DNA of 64,000 nt from positions 2,715,858 to 2,779,857 of the forward strand of contig NZ_LT594621.1 of the NCBI RefSeq assembly GCF_900091655.1, read 5' to 3'. This DNA comes from Culturomica massiliensis. GTDB lineage: Bacteria > Bacteroidota > Bacteroidia > Bacteroidales > Marinifilaceae. Each line of letters begins with the position of its first letter. The stretch's first letter is position 1. The notes under the pieces are model-generated. The model searched no databases, was not told the origin of the DNA, and was given only the letters and a program-made list of their open reading frames with translations. Below are positions 49,659-62,702 of this stretch, one piece after another. Position numbers and translations under genes: made by a program.

Positions 49659-50570
49659 ATGAAATCTATAAAACTATTTATCTGCATGATCCTGCTGAAC
49701 TTATGTTTTCTGGCCGTTAAAGCACAGGAAATGCCGGAAGTATATCTACTCTGGCCTGACGGACCGGAAGAAAACAACGGGTTAGCCGACCAAGAAATTA
49801 CAGAATCAAACGGTAACATCACATTCAACAGTACCGCAAAATTGCATGTTTACCATCCGGAAAAAGAGATCCAAAACGGAATCGCTGTTATCATCTGTCC
49901 CGGAGGAGGTTACTCATTCCTTTCAATGGAATATGAAGGCCGGATGTTTGCCCAATGGCTGATCAAACAAGGAATAACGGCAATCATATTGCAATACCGC
50001 ATGCCGGCACAGCACGACCGTATTCCACTGGCAGATGCACAAAGAGCAATGCGTTGGGTAAGAAACCGGGCTGAAAACTGGGGAATAAATCCGGATAAAG
50101 TGGGAATTGCCGGATTTTCTGCAGGAGGACATTTAGCATCCACGTTAGCTACTCACTTCGATCAAGGCAAAACCAAAGCCACCGACAGCCTGGAACATTT
50201 CAGTTGCCGTCCCGACTTTACCATACTGTTTTATCCGGTAATTTCCATGCAAGAAAGCCTGACTCACAAAGGTTCACAAAAAGCACTTCTGGGAAAAACG
50301 CCTGCTCCGGAAAAAATAACGGATTATTCCAACGAATTGCAAATCACTGCAGAAACACCAAAAACATTTCTGGTACACAGTGACGACGACAAAGGAGTAT
50401 CCGTACAAAACAGTATTGTTTACTATCAAGCTTTGAAAAAACATAATATTCCGGCCGTTATGTATATTTTTCCGACCGGTGGCCACGGTTGGGGATTGCG
50501 AAGCGATTTTGAATATTATCCGGCTTGGACGTCCTTACTGAAAAAATGGCTTGAAGATATCGGAAAATAA
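49659..50570 (+). CDS. Secreted alpha/beta-hydrolase esterase (carbohydrate esterase-like)
   Basis: 303 aa with a signal peptide. It carries the nucleophile elbow GFSAGGH, an oxyanion motif ICPGGGY and a C-terminal GGHGW. Confidence 0.75.
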   Translation: MKSIKLFICMILLNLCFLAVKAQEMPEVYLLWPDGPEENNGLADQEITESNGNITFNSTAKLHVYHPEKEIQNGIAVIICPGGGYSFLSMEYEGRMFAQWLIKQGITAIILQYRMPAQHDRIPLADAQRAMRWVRNRAENWGINPDKVGIAGFSAGGHLASTLATHFDQGKTKATDSLEHFSCRPDFTILFYPVISMQESLTHKGSQKALLGKTPAPEKITDYSNELQITAETPKTFLVHSDDDKGVSVQNSIVYYQALKKHNIPAVMYIFPTGGHGWGLRSDFEYYPAWTSLLKKWLEDIGK

Positions 50571-50597
50571 ATTCCCGGAAAAATTCTTCACCATACG

Positions 50598-50634
50598 AAA
50601 ACAGGCTGTTTCCCTTCCGAAAACAGCCTGTTTT
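50598..50634. terminator. Bidirectional hairpin terminator between convergent esterase and GH97 genes
   Basis: AAAACAGGCTGTTT-CCCTTCCG-AAAACAGCCTGTTTT forms a perfect 13-bp stem flanked by T-runs. Confidence 0.65.
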
Positions 50635-50657
50635 AATTATTTTTCTAAAACCGGATT

Positions 50658-52796
<2,139 letters not shown>

Positions 52797-53170
52797 CTAT
52801 TGTAATTGGTTTATTTATACTTTATAACGTTTGCAGCCCCCCTTCTATCCCTCTTCCCTTTCCATCGGACAAAAATATATCATCCGCCCTTACCGAACTA
52901 TAGGCACACTAGAAAAAGGAGTGAAAAAGAGATCCACGTCCCAAACAACAAACTGATAAACAATATATTAAACTTCATGCAAGTATTAAAAAAGGGAGTA
53001 AATATTTCTAAAAATCACACGGACTTTTCCCCGATACAATTCAATCAGACATTAAAAAATAAGACCACATCCCATCGAATACGGAAAAGCCCTGGATTTA
53101 ACCCGACTTATTTCCACAATAAAAATCTGCGGAATCAACGTGATCTGCAGGCCACTATTCCTTTCCCCCT

Positions 53171-54844
53171 TTAAAACGTCCCGATCCGCATCACCTCCTG
53201 TTCGAAATCATCCCGTACTCCCCGGGCCTTATTGCGCATCTTCGTCCGGTAATTATATATCGTCTTCAAAGAATAACGCAGAAACTGCGCAATCTTATTA
53301 CTGTCCGTTATCCCCAGGCGGATCAGGGCAAAAATCCGCAACTCCGTATTCAGTAACTCACCCGGTTTCAGTACAATTTCTTCCCCATCTGCCAGCAAGG
53401 CATTAAAATCCGTTACAAAATCCGGAAACAGACGCAGAAAAGCCGTATCGAAATTGGCGTAAAACTCCTCCAGCTCATCGTCCACAAACTGTGTTGACCT
53501 CAACTCTTTAAACAGCTCCTCCGTCTGACCGTTCATAGCTTTCTTATTCAGCGAACGACGGTAAGTATCCAGCTTACCGATATACATCGAACAAAGATCC
53601 AGAAAACGGCCGATATAGGCTTCCTTGATATAATTCACTTCCGCCAGACTATCGTTCGTCTCCTGCAAACGCCTGTTCGAATCAGACAACTGCCGGTTCA
53701 CATCCTGTAACTCTTCATTCAGCCACCTCAACTGCTCGTTCACCTTTCCCAGTTCCCGCTTCGCTTGTGCCAACCGCCTCATCTGCCGCCTCAAATACAA
53801 AGCCAAAAGCACTAAGAAAAAAGCCAGCACACTGATACTCAACAAAGACACCGTCATCTGCCGTCTCTGCCTCTCCGTCTGCAAACGGTAAGCCTCATTG
53901 ACAATCGGTAACACCTGCGACACTTCTATCGTGCGCAGCCGCGCATTACAAAAAGCAGCATCCTCCATAGCCTTCTTCATATAAGCATAAGCTCTCGCAA
54001 CATCCCCTTCCTTATATAACAGCACTGCCAATTCCCGCAACGAAATGTACTCCTTCACCCCACACTTCAAATCCGATAAAGCCGATATCGTCAGATATTC
54101 TTTCTCCTTCCCTTCATCTCCCAAACTGCGATACGCATCTGCCACCGAATAAGCCGTATACCCCATTTCCCGTCCATCCGGATCGAGCGTAGCATAATAA
54201 GGCATCAAAATAGCCAAAGCCTCCTGCGCCCTTCCCCGGCTGATAAGCTGTTCCGCCTCCACCAGCACCTGGGTATCGCTTCCTGCCGGATAAAGCATCA
54301 ACAAAGAATCCCGGTACAGATTTGCCAACCGTTCGTACTCCTGCTGTAAATCTTTACCGATAGCATAATCCCGCATTGCGCCGTACAAAGTATTGTACAA
54401 ATGGTAGTAATATCCCTTCAAATCCTCAGACAATCCGGGGCTGCCGGCAACAGACAGCAAATCCTGCGCTTCCCGGTACATACCGGTAATAATCCGTACC
54501 TCTGCCAGCATCATCCGGGCTTTATCCGCCAACCTGCGGTCTCCCAGCTTCTGTGCAAGATACAACTGCTCCTGTACATAATGCAAAGCCGAATCTGCAA
54601 TATACACCTTATATTCCTCCACCAACTTCGCATCGGCTTCAAACCGATCTGCCTCCGTCACAGTACGGGCCCGTTCCGCCTTCAACACCGCAATCCGCTC
54701 TTCCTTTTGCTGTTCATACTTCTCCGGAAAAGCAACAATCCGGTCCAACTCTTTCAAACGGACCTCCCGGTCCGTAGATTGGGCGATCACCGGTAAAGAA
54801 AACAATAAACCGAATAAAAAATACAAGGATATTTGCATAATCAT
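53171..54844 (-). CDS. Membrane-anchored TPR-repeat protein with C-terminal HTH-like domain (DUF6377-like putative regulator)
   Basis: 557 aa. It has a signal peptide, TPR-like repeats and a single TM helix (LLSISVLAFFLVLLALYL). A coiled coil and a C-terminal DNA-binding-like region follow. It lies upstream of GH97 on the same strand. Confidence 0.5.
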   Translation of the reverse strand: MIMQISLYFLFGLLFSLPVIAQSTDREVRLKELDRIVAFPEKYEQQKEERIAVLKAERARTVTEADRFEADAKLVEEYKVYIADSALHYVQEQLYLAQKLGDRRLADKARMMLAEVRIITGMYREAQDLLSVAGSPGLSEDLKGYYYHLYNTLYGAMRDYAIGKDLQQEYERLANLYRDSLLMLYPAGSDTQVLVEAEQLISRGRAQEALAILMPYYATLDPDGREMGYTAYSVADAYRSLGDEGKEKEYLTISALSDLKCGVKEYISLRELAVLLYKEGDVARAYAYMKKAMEDAAFCNARLRTIEVSQVLPIVNEAYRLQTERQRRQMTVSLLSISVLAFFLVLLALYLRRQMRRLAQAKRELGKVNEQLRWLNEELQDVNRQLSDSNRRLQETNDSLAEVNYIKEAYIGRFLDLCSMYIGKLDTYRRSLNKKAMNGQTEELFKELRSTQFVDDELEEFYANFDTAFLRLFPDFVTDFNALLADGEEIVLKPGELLNTELRIFALIRLGITDSNKIAQFLRYSLKTIYNYRTKMRNKARGVRDDFEQEVMRIGTF

Positions 54845-55102
54845 TTATATTCCAGGATCGGAAAGATTTCCGTATTTCGTTATTTCTACAAATATAACGA
54901 CAAATCAGCCAATTCCTGATCGCCGGGACAAAGAAAAATAGCTATACGCACAACTGAACCGACGCGGCTATATTATTCCGATATCCCGAAACAAGGATAT
55001 GCACGACAACTCTACTTTTCCCCCGTGCATCTTGGGAATACCCAAAAGAAAACCTAATTTTGCATAAAATATCTATAAAGACAAGCCATAAAAACATCAG
55101 AC

Positions 55103-57406
55103 ATGAAAATATTGAAACCCATTGTTGTTACATTGTCGGCAATCCTGGTACTCCTTATCCTTGCTACCATTATCGCCCCTCCGGTAGCCAAAAATTACAT
55201 CATAAAACACAGCAAAGAAATGATAGGCCGCCAAATTAATATAGACGGCCTATATGCCAATATTTTCACAGGATACAGCCGCATCACGGGATTCGAACTC
55301 CTCGATACCAACGACAGAGAGCGTTTCGTCAAATTCGATACCCTGGCGGTAAAAGTATCCCTCTTCCGGCTATTGGCCAATGAGCTGCGCATCAATCGTA
55401 TCCGCCTGGTAAACCCGGACATACAAATATGGCAAAAAGGCAACGACTTTAACTTCAGCGACCTGTTACAAACTCCTGCCGATACCGCAACCTTACCGCT
55501 GGATACCGTCGTGCCTGCAACCACCGACACCACAGCTGACGACGATCCGATGGCCATCGCCATCAACAATATCGCCATCGTAGGCGGACAATTGGCTTAC
55601 CGCGACCTGATTGTCGGCTCGGAATGGGACATGAATGATCTGCAACTGCATATTCCGGGTATTTACTTCAGCGGACAAAACACGGACATCGGACTGAACC
55701 TCAACTTCAACGAAGGCGGCTCACTCACCACAAGCATGCAATACAACCTGGAAGCCGGTAACTACAACCTTCACCTGCAACTGAACGACTTTGCCATCGG
55801 AAACGTACTGCCCTACCTGCAACAATCCATGAACGTCGGAGAAGTAGACGGCCTACTATCCGCCGACTTCACCATAGAAGGCAATACGGCACACGCTTCA
55901 GACATCACGATAACCGGTAACACCGCCCTGAGACAATTCAGGCTGGCCGACAATGATAAAAAAAATCTGCTCTCTGCCGGAGAACTTTTTATCGATATCG
56001 CCGCCCTTAACCCCGAAAAACAGCAATTCAGGTTTAACACCGTTTCCCTCAAAGATTTCAACTCCTGCTTCGACCTTTACCCGCAAACCAACACCCTCTC
56101 CCAATTGCTGAAAACAGAGACCGGCAAGGACACACTGCCTTCCGTAGAAAATACAGAAAAAACGTCCCCCGCTCCGGAAACACAATCACCTGACTTTTTT
56201 GTCAGCCGGTTTGCTATTGATAACGCAACCTTTACATTCAACGATCACACCCTGCACCAACCCTTCCGGTTTACGCTCGCTAATATCGGCATACATGCCT
56301 CGAACCTGACTTTGACAGACAAGAACCGGATAGATGTAAAAAGTACCCTCGACAATGGCGGTACCGTCAATCTCACTTGGGACGGACAACTCAACGATCC
56401 TTCCAACCAGGACATCAACCTTCAGATTAAAAACCTCGACCTCAAACAATTTACACCATACAGCCTGCAATATTTCGGTTACCCGCTAAACAAAGGCGTA
56501 CTGGCATTTTCAAGCATCAACGATATCCGGAACAACTACCTCGATGCCCGGAACAACCTCGACATCTATCGCTGCGAAGTCGATAAAAAACGCAAAGACA
56601 TCAAGGCCGAATTTAATATCCCTTTACGCACAGCCCTCTACATCATCAAAGATGTTAACGACAAAATAAAAATGGACCTTCCCGTTAAAGGAAACATTAA
56701 ATCTCCTTCATTTTCCTATAAAAAAATTATCATCCGTACCCTCACCAACCTGTTGGTAAAAGTAGCGGTTTCTCCGTTCAGCTTTATCGCCAATTCTTTA
56801 GGATTAAGCGGTGACGGATTCAAAGACATACCCTTCGAAGTCTATCAGGCTGATTTTACACCGGAACAATTCGACCGCATCAACCAACTGGCTACCGTTA
56901 TCAAAGCCAAACCCGACATGACACTGCAACTCCGCCAATACTATAATCCGGAACAAGGCCGGCAAACCCTGGCCGCTTTTCAGGCCCGGAAAGCTTATTA
57001 CCTGCATTCCCATCCGGAAGTCAGCGACACTACCCTCCAGGCCATCGACTATGCCCGTATCATTGAAATTGATGTCAAAGACCCGGCATTCCTGGCATAT
57101 ATCACCTCCTTCGTACCCGAAGAAGTGAAAACGGCGGAACTCAACCGGAAAATTCTTTCCCTTACTCCCGCTGAAAAATTACAGAAACAAATAGCATTTT
57201 TGGCCGGAATGCGGGATAGCAAACTTAAAAATTATCTGCTCCACCAAGGACTGACAGAAAAAAACATCCGAATCGATACCGTTCCCGCCGATTCATTAAA
57301 CAACTACCAGGGTAAAAACCGCTACACCTTCCAACTCACCCTCGACGACGACATGTCGGGAATGACATTGGACACTCCGGATGAAACCGAAGAGACAAAT
57401 AATTAA
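55103..57406 (+). CDS. Large DUF748/AsmA-like envelope protein
   Basis: 767 aa with an N-terminal TM anchor. It has long beta-rich repeats with no enzymatic motifs. Confidence 0.4.
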   Translation: MKILKPIVVTLSAILVLLILATIIAPPVAKNYIIKHSKEMIGRQINIDGLYANIFTGYSRITGFELLDTNDRERFVKFDTLAVKVSLFRLLANELRINRIRLVNPDIQIWQKGNDFNFSDLLQTPADTATLPLDTVVPATTDTTADDDPMAIAINNIAIVGGQLAYRDLIVGSEWDMNDLQLHIPGIYFSGQNTDIGLNLNFNEGGSLTTSMQYNLEAGNYNLHLQLNDFAIGNVLPYLQQSMNVGEVDGLLSADFTIEGNTAHASDITITGNTALRQFRLADNDKKNLLSAGELFIDIAALNPEKQQFRFNTVSLKDFNSCFDLYPQTNTLSQLLKTETGKDTLPSVENTEKTSPAPETQSPDFFVSRFAIDNATFTFNDHTLHQPFRFTLANIGIHASNLTLTDKNRIDVKSTLDNGGTVNLTWDGQLNDPSNQDINLQIKNLDLKQFTPYSLQYFGYPLNKGVLAFSSINDIRNNYLDARNNLDIYRCEVDKKRKDIKAEFNIPLRTALYIIKDVNDKIKMDLPVKGNIKSPSFSYKKIIIRTLTNLLVKVAVSPFSFIANSLGLSGDGFKDIPFEVYQADFTPEQFDRINQLATVIKAKPDMTLQLRQYYNPEQGRQTLAAFQARKAYYLHSHPEVSDTTLQAIDYARIIEIDVKDPAFLAYITSFVPEEVKTAELNRKILSLTPAEKLQKQIAFLAGMRDSKLKNYLLHQGLTEKNIRIDTVPADSLNNYQGKNRYTFQLTLDDDMSGMTLDTPDETEETNN

Positions 57407-57410
57407 AAAA

Positions 57411-57441
57411 AACACAGCGGAGCGATAAAGGCTCCGCTGTG
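57411..57441. terminator. Strong hairpin after the DUF748 gene
   Basis: ACACAGCGGAGC-GATAAAG-GCTCCGCTGTGT forms a perfect 12-bp stem. It is preceded by an A-run and followed by a T-poor tract. Confidence 0.5.
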
Positions 57442-57496
57442 TTATCCATAACTTTTCCATACTCATTCCGTACTGATAATCAAAACAAACAACTTA

Positions 57497-57702
57497 TGAA
57501 ACGCCGTTTATGCCCGCAATGTAAAATACCGAATTTCTATCTTCTCAACGAAAAAGGCGAACGCCGCCTCGTTTTCGTCACCGACGACTTCCGGATCGTT
57601 CCTTCCCGCCCCGGCGAAACCATCGAGGGTTTCGACACCACGGTTATCTATTGCCTCGGCTGCTCCTGGAGCGGATCTCCCCGCAAAACCGTCCGCTATT
57701 AA
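57497..57702 (+). CDS. Small zinc-ribbon protein (CPxC...CxGC)
   Basis: The ORF is 57439..57702. The likely start is MKRRLCPQCK. Two CxxC pairs are present (CPQC, CLGC). Confidence 0.35.
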
Positions 57703-57912
57703 AACAATGCCTCTTCCGAAGCAGGCCATATCACATTTATAAACAGTCCTGAGACAAAATCATCCACCTACCTGAGCATACAAGCAGGAGTAAGCCCGAG
57801 TAGACCGATAACACCGGACACACCCAATGTAATTGGCCAGGTATCCTTGTAAAAAATACCGGAAACTCCGCAAACACAGACCGCACAACTTTTTAACCTC
57901 CGTATCGTTATA

Positions 57913-59364
57913 TCATTTCCCAACCTGCTTCTCCCTCCGTTCTATCGCCTCCTGCAATTTATTCATGTTCCTCTTCGTATAACCGAAAGAAAAAGCCGTA
58001 CTCCGCTTGTTCAGGTCATTGACACTATTAATCCAAACCTGCCCCCGGTCGAATACGACGAAAATTTGCTCCCCCCACGTTGCACTAAGCCAATGCGAAT
58101 GAGTATGGGCCACAACACAATCCCTCCCGGCATGATCAATCGTCCAGTTGTTCTCCCGGGCAGTTTCTTCCACAACTTCCAACATCACTTCATCGGAAAA
58201 CGATATTTTCACAGACCGGAAATTGAGTTTTGAACGCTGGTTACGATAGACCGCAAAAGCAAGAAACGCAGGTAACAATCCGCACCAAAACCAAGGAAAA
58301 AATAAATCCTGACGCCCTTCCGTAAAATATTTGTATAAATTGCTAAGTAGAAAAAAGAACGGAATACTTACAAGAAACAATGGAAATCCGTAATGTGTCA
58401 AAGCCCAGTCCGTACTCAGATTCAAACGTCCCTCCCGGAGAACAAATGAAGCCAGTTCCTCGTCGGCTTCCCGGTGGAAACGCAACCACATAAAGCCGAA
58501 TATCAACATACAACCGATGACAAGCACAATGACCACCTCATTATTTCCTCCCGGAGAAGAATGGCGTGTCTCGGCTATCTTTATCACCTGATTGTCCAAA
58601 GAATACGGAATCCCGCCAAAAGTCAGGTTTTTCGCAGAGAAAGTATATACTCCACTTCCGTCCGATCGGATATTATAATGAAATTCATAAGATTCTTTCG
58701 CATTGACAAAAGCTGAGGTATCCTTTCCCGAACCCTTCGTATAGGAAAAACGCGAACTGGACCCGCTGGGTTTATAAATGCTGTCCCCCAACTCAAGAAG
58801 GGGAGCCAGATTATCCGGACGCCGGTTACAGGTAAGTGTCACAAAAAACGTTTCGCCTTCCTCAATATAGGATCTTTGGGTAGTTACACTACACACTACC
58901 CCTTGTATATCCTGCTCGGCAGGCTTTACCCGGACATGAAATGGTGGTGTAATATACACCCTGCCCTCCGCCTTTACCGAAGCTATAGGTAAACTGATAA
59001 CACCCTCTCTCAAAAAACGGACTTGATAAGAAAAAACCTCCTCCATCCTCTGCTTCTTCTTTCCGTTTACAATAATAGTCGACAAATGCCGGTTAGGTAC
59101 AGGACCTTTGATAACTTCAATCAGATTAGCGAAATCAGGCGGACTCACAGAGTCAAAGCGCACCGTACATCTGTACTTCAAATTATACTCCTGTCCCACA
59201 TATACACCATTATACGCCGTATCTATCTCCATAAAAAACGGGACTTCCGTTTGAGCCAATGCAATCGTTCCAAAGGCCATAACCATTGCGGTACATACTG
59301 CTTTATATACCAAACGTCTTATCGGACAACAAATTCGCAAACACATCTTTCCTATGCTTATCAA
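57913..59364 (-). CDS. Hypothetical membrane protein with an N-terminal secreted beta domain plus TM helices (BatD-like?)
   Basis: 483 aa. A signal-peptide-like region runs to AQT. Internal TM helices are present (VIVLVIGCMLIFGFMWL, LFLVSIPFFFLL). Confidence 0.35.
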   Translation of the reverse strand: MISIGKMCLRICCPIRRLVYKAVCTAMVMAFGTIALAQTEVPFFMEIDTAYNGVYVGQEYNLKYRCTVRFDSVSPPDFANLIEVIKGPVPNRHLSTIIVNGKKKQRMEEVFSYQVRFLREGVISLPIASVKAEGRVYITPPFHVRVKPAEQDIQGVVCSVTTQRSYIEEGETFFVTLTCNRRPDNLAPLLELGDSIYKPSGSSSRFSYTKGSGKDTSAFVNAKESYEFHYNIRSDGSGVYTFSAKNLTFGGIPYSLDNQVIKIAETRHSSPGGNNEVVIVLVIGCMLIFGFMWLRFHREADEELASFVLREGRLNLSTDWALTHYGFPLFLVSIPFFFLLSNLYKYFTEGRQDLFFPWFWCGLLPAFLAFAVYRNQRSKLNFRSVKISFSDEVMLEVVEETARENNWTIDHAGRDCVVAHTHSHWLSATWGEQIFVVFDRGQVWINSVNDLNKRSTAFSFGYTKRNMNKLQEAIERREKQVGK

Positions 59365-59562
59365 TTAAACCTATCCCCCCAACATCCCGGCAAACGATTT
59401 TAAAACAACTCCATCCAATCCCCCTCCTGAACAACCGATGAAAACCTTTGCTCTTCAGAACACACGGCATATTAATTTATACACAAATATACACGATTTA
59501 CATAAAGTCCCTCCGAAACATCAAACAATCACACCCCTTTTAATATGTGATAACTTAATATT

Positions 59563-61953
59563 ATGGATAATTCACGTGAAAATGGAATATTATTTAGTTG
59601 GCAAAGACAAGATAAAAACATTATAAAAGAGAAAATTCAAACAAATAAGTTACTAGCAATAAAAAGTATTAACTTAAATTTTGAACAATTGTTTTTGTAT
59701 GATATTTTCTCTGAGTTATCTACAGTTATTCAAATGGAAAAGAATGCTTTTAATTTGCCTTTCTTTCCATTTTATGAAAGTCTTAATGAATATTACAAAT
59801 CTGATTTTGAACATTTTTCTTTTAAATCGCTATTAAGTAATCTTGTTGTAGATTTAACGCAATCAGAAACTCTTAAATATATTATTGACAGTATAGAAAA
59901 TAGAGATTTCATGTTAGATGAAAAAAGTCAAGGAATCATAAATACTTTAGTCAAATTAGTCTCTTTAAATGGGAATATATATCTTGTATGTAAATATCCA
60001 CATTTATTTGATGATTACTCAAAACAATTGTTGAAATTTCTGCAAAATTCTAGATTTATAGAAGAATACCCAAAGTTGAGATATTTAACATTAATATTTC
60101 TGTCTGATAACTTTGATGATGTTTTTTATAATGATATTAATAGAATTATTGAAATTATTGAGCCCCAAGAACGTGATATACCCGAAATATTTCACATGTT
60201 TGGAAGGAACGATATAGAGAAAGATTTTCAGTTGGCTATATTTCAATTATGTGATGGGAATTTAAATAAAATGGAATATTTTATAAATAATCTGTCTTCT
60301 GAAATAATAGCATTCACCCAACAAAAATTCGAGAATGCGGTTAATATGATGCTTACAAATAAACTGCGTTCAATAGGAGATAATTCAAGGGACGTATTGA
60401 GAGTTCTGACTACTGCTTCAGAATTGGGTGAAATAATTGATCTATTACCTTTAATAAAGGTAATAGACCATGACAGATCGTTTGTTGAAGATACACTAGA
60501 AATATCAGAGAGATACAATTTCACTATAAAAGATAGAGATACAGTAAAATTCGCCAATATATTTGTCAAACGATATTTTGAGAAATTAATAAAATACAAA
60601 CGTGTGATAAATAAAAAAATATCAGATGCTTATTCTGAACTTTATCCTTCCAATTATGAAGTTAGACTGTTTTTTTTAGAAAAATCAAGTTCTGAAATGC
60701 TAAGCGAATCTTGCGATCTTCTTATTCTTATCTGGTTAAATTATAAAAAAAATGGGATTGAATGTCCTCCTGATTTGAAACTCAAACTAGACAAATACGC
60801 ATATAGGTTTCACCGTACTGAATATATAAAGGTAATGGAATCTTTCTTTTTGTCTTTCAATAATCAGAATTTTGAGAATGCAGTTTCAATTTTAGATGCT
60901 TATTCAGAAATAGATTCTCCTTTATTAATGCTTGAAAAAGATTATTTTACGGGACTTGCATATTACAAACTTTCCAGAAATAAAGAAGACCTTGATAATG
61001 CATTATTATATATGAAAGATGTACAGCATCGAAGCAAGGAAATATCAATAGCATTATATGAAACAAGCTCATTGACATTAATTTCATTTATAATTAATAT
61101 TACAGGAAATTGTAGTGCGGCTCAAAAAATTGAACGGGAAGTGATATATAATATCTCTTATAGAATAGAGTACGACTATAGTGCGAAAGACAATTTGCAT
61201 AGAATCTATCGTAAATACGCAGCACTTCATCCTATTGAATTAGCTGTTCAAAAAACCGAAAAGAGCCTAAATTATTTTGAAAAGACTCCATTAACTAATG
61301 AATATTATATGGCAGTTGTAAATCATATTGGCAATTTATTACATTTAGGAGAATACGATGTGGCATATTCTTTTGCGAAATTATTATACTGTCACTTAGA
61401 CGTATTTCATTATTCAAATAATAAAAAGATGATAATATATTCCTTGAATAATATCCTAATTGCATTTTTTCGTGCTAGTATGCTAATCCCCAAGGAGTTG
61501 TTAATGCAATATATAGATATATTAGATACGATCCCTGAAAATCCTACAAAAATAATACCTTACCTTACTATTGCTATTATTTATTATGAACAATTTGAAG
61601 ATATATTATACTCTATTAACTTATTAAAAAAGACTAAAAAACTCAATAATCTAATTGCAGATTCATATTATAAGTATTACATTTTGATTAATGAAGCTGC
61701 ATTATTATATTTAGACTCAAAAAGTAGACAAAAGGCTATCTCTATAATGGAGGATCTAAAAGATAGTTCTCCAGAATTATATAGAGATTCTATCCGTAAA
61801 TGTTTGGTAGAAAGAGCGCAAATTATTTTGGCAAGTATGAGAATTGGAAAAAACAAAACTACTATTGAAAATGAACTTGGAAAAACGAATTGTCGCTACA
61901 AACTTATTATGAACTATTTCCTGTTTTCAGATATACAATTTTGGTCAGAATAG
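59563..61953 (+). CDS. Hypothetical 796-aa protein in an AT-rich island. It is helical-repeat rich and of unknown function.
   Basis: Long ORF in a region of sharply lower GC. I recognise no catalytic motif. Confidence 0.5.
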   Translation: MDNSRENGILFSWQRQDKNIIKEKIQTNKLLAIKSINLNFEQLFLYDIFSELSTVIQMEKNAFNLPFFPFYESLNEYYKSDFEHFSFKSLLSNLVVDLTQSETLKYIIDSIENRDFMLDEKSQGIINTLVKLVSLNGNIYLVCKYPHLFDDYSKQLLKFLQNSRFIEEYPKLRYLTLIFLSDNFDDVFYNDINRIIEIIEPQERDIPEIFHMFGRNDIEKDFQLAIFQLCDGNLNKMEYFINNLSSEIIAFTQQKFENAVNMMLTNKLRSIGDNSRDVLRVLTTASELGEIIDLLPLIKVIDHDRSFVEDTLEISERYNFTIKDRDTVKFANIFVKRYFEKLIKYKRVINKKISDAYSELYPSNYEVRLFFLEKSSSEMLSESCDLLILIWLNYKKNGIECPPDLKLKLDKYAYRFHRTEYIKVMESFFLSFNNQNFENAVSILDAYSEIDSPLLMLEKDYFTGLAYYKLSRNKEDLDNALLYMKDVQHRSKEISIALYETSSLTLISFIINITGNCSAAQKIEREVIYNISYRIEYDYSAKDNLHRIYRKYAALHPIELAVQKTEKSLNYFEKTPLTNEYYMAVVNHIGNLLHLGEYDVAYSFAKLLYCHLDVFHYSNNKKMIIYSLNNILIAFFRASMLIPKELLMQYIDILDTIPENPTKIIPYLTIAIIYYEQFEDILYSINLLKKTKKLNNLIADSYYKYYILINEAALLYLDSKSRQKAISIMEDLKDSSPELYRDSIRKCLVERAQIILASMRIGKNKTTIENELGKTNCRYKLIMNYFLFSDIQFWSE

Positions 61954-62103
61954 AAACTTTAAAAACATATAAAGTTGATTAGAAGCGAAGACTTTTAGTC
62001 AGGTAATCCTTATGAGGCTGAAGTCTTATAGATCAGTCTCATAACGTGGATATAAGATGTGTTTAAGCCTTATTAATTTATTTTTAATGGCAAACTAATA
62101 TTA

Positions 62104-62688
62104 CTACCATTGATAAATATAACGTTTACGGTCTTCAGATCTTTTAAATATACTTTTTTCTGTAAGATTCTCATATATATTTATTATTGCATTTTGAGAG
62201 CAATTACATAATTCTCCATTTCTAAATTTACATTGGGAATTTATCCGTTGACACTTCCCTTTGTAACTCTTTAATATATTTGCATCTCCAATTCGAGGCT
62301 TACGCAAAAGTGTTTCTCTTAATACACATTTTTCTCCATCATCACTAATTGTAGCTAATGCTTGATTATTAACTCCTAATAAGGACAAACTTAATGCTGC
62401 AATACCAGATGTTAAATTTATATCAAGCAAGAATGCTATCATAACGATTGTCATAGTTTTAACATTAATATATAATGAAGAATTAAACATGGTTAGGGCC
62501 ATCTGTTGTCCATCATTATCATATTCTTCTATTTCAATACTTTCAAATTCATCTAGAAGGTTGGGATTTTTACATAAATAATCGAGAATTGCTTGCGCAT
62601 CTTGACTATCTTTAATTCCAATTTTACATAGAGTAAAGATAACTTTATCTTTAGAACCCAATAATTCAATCATTAAAGGTATACTCAT
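62104..62688 (-). CDS. Hypothetical protein (AT-rich island), downstream partner of the HExxH protein
   Basis: 194 aa. The gap to the upstream gene is 14 nt. It has a Cys-rich C-terminus (CQRINSQCKFRNGELCNC). Confidence 0.4.
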   Translation of the reverse strand: MSIPLMIELLGSKDKVIFTLCKIGIKDSQDAQAILDYLCKNPNLLDEFESIEIEEYDNDGQQMALTMFNSSLYINVKTMTIVMIAFLLDINLTSGIAALSLSLLGVNNQALATISDDGEKCVLRETLLRKPRIGDANILKSYKGKCQRINSQCKFRNGELCNCSQNAIINIYENLTEKSIFKRSEDRKRYIYQW

Positions 62689-62702
62689 AATAATTTTTAT
62701 TA

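Noticed and set aside
61954-62103. Possible tRNA fragment or att site between convergent island-2 genes
   Set aside because: Only nested short inverted repeats are seen. There is no cloverleaf and no direct-repeat partner inside the window.
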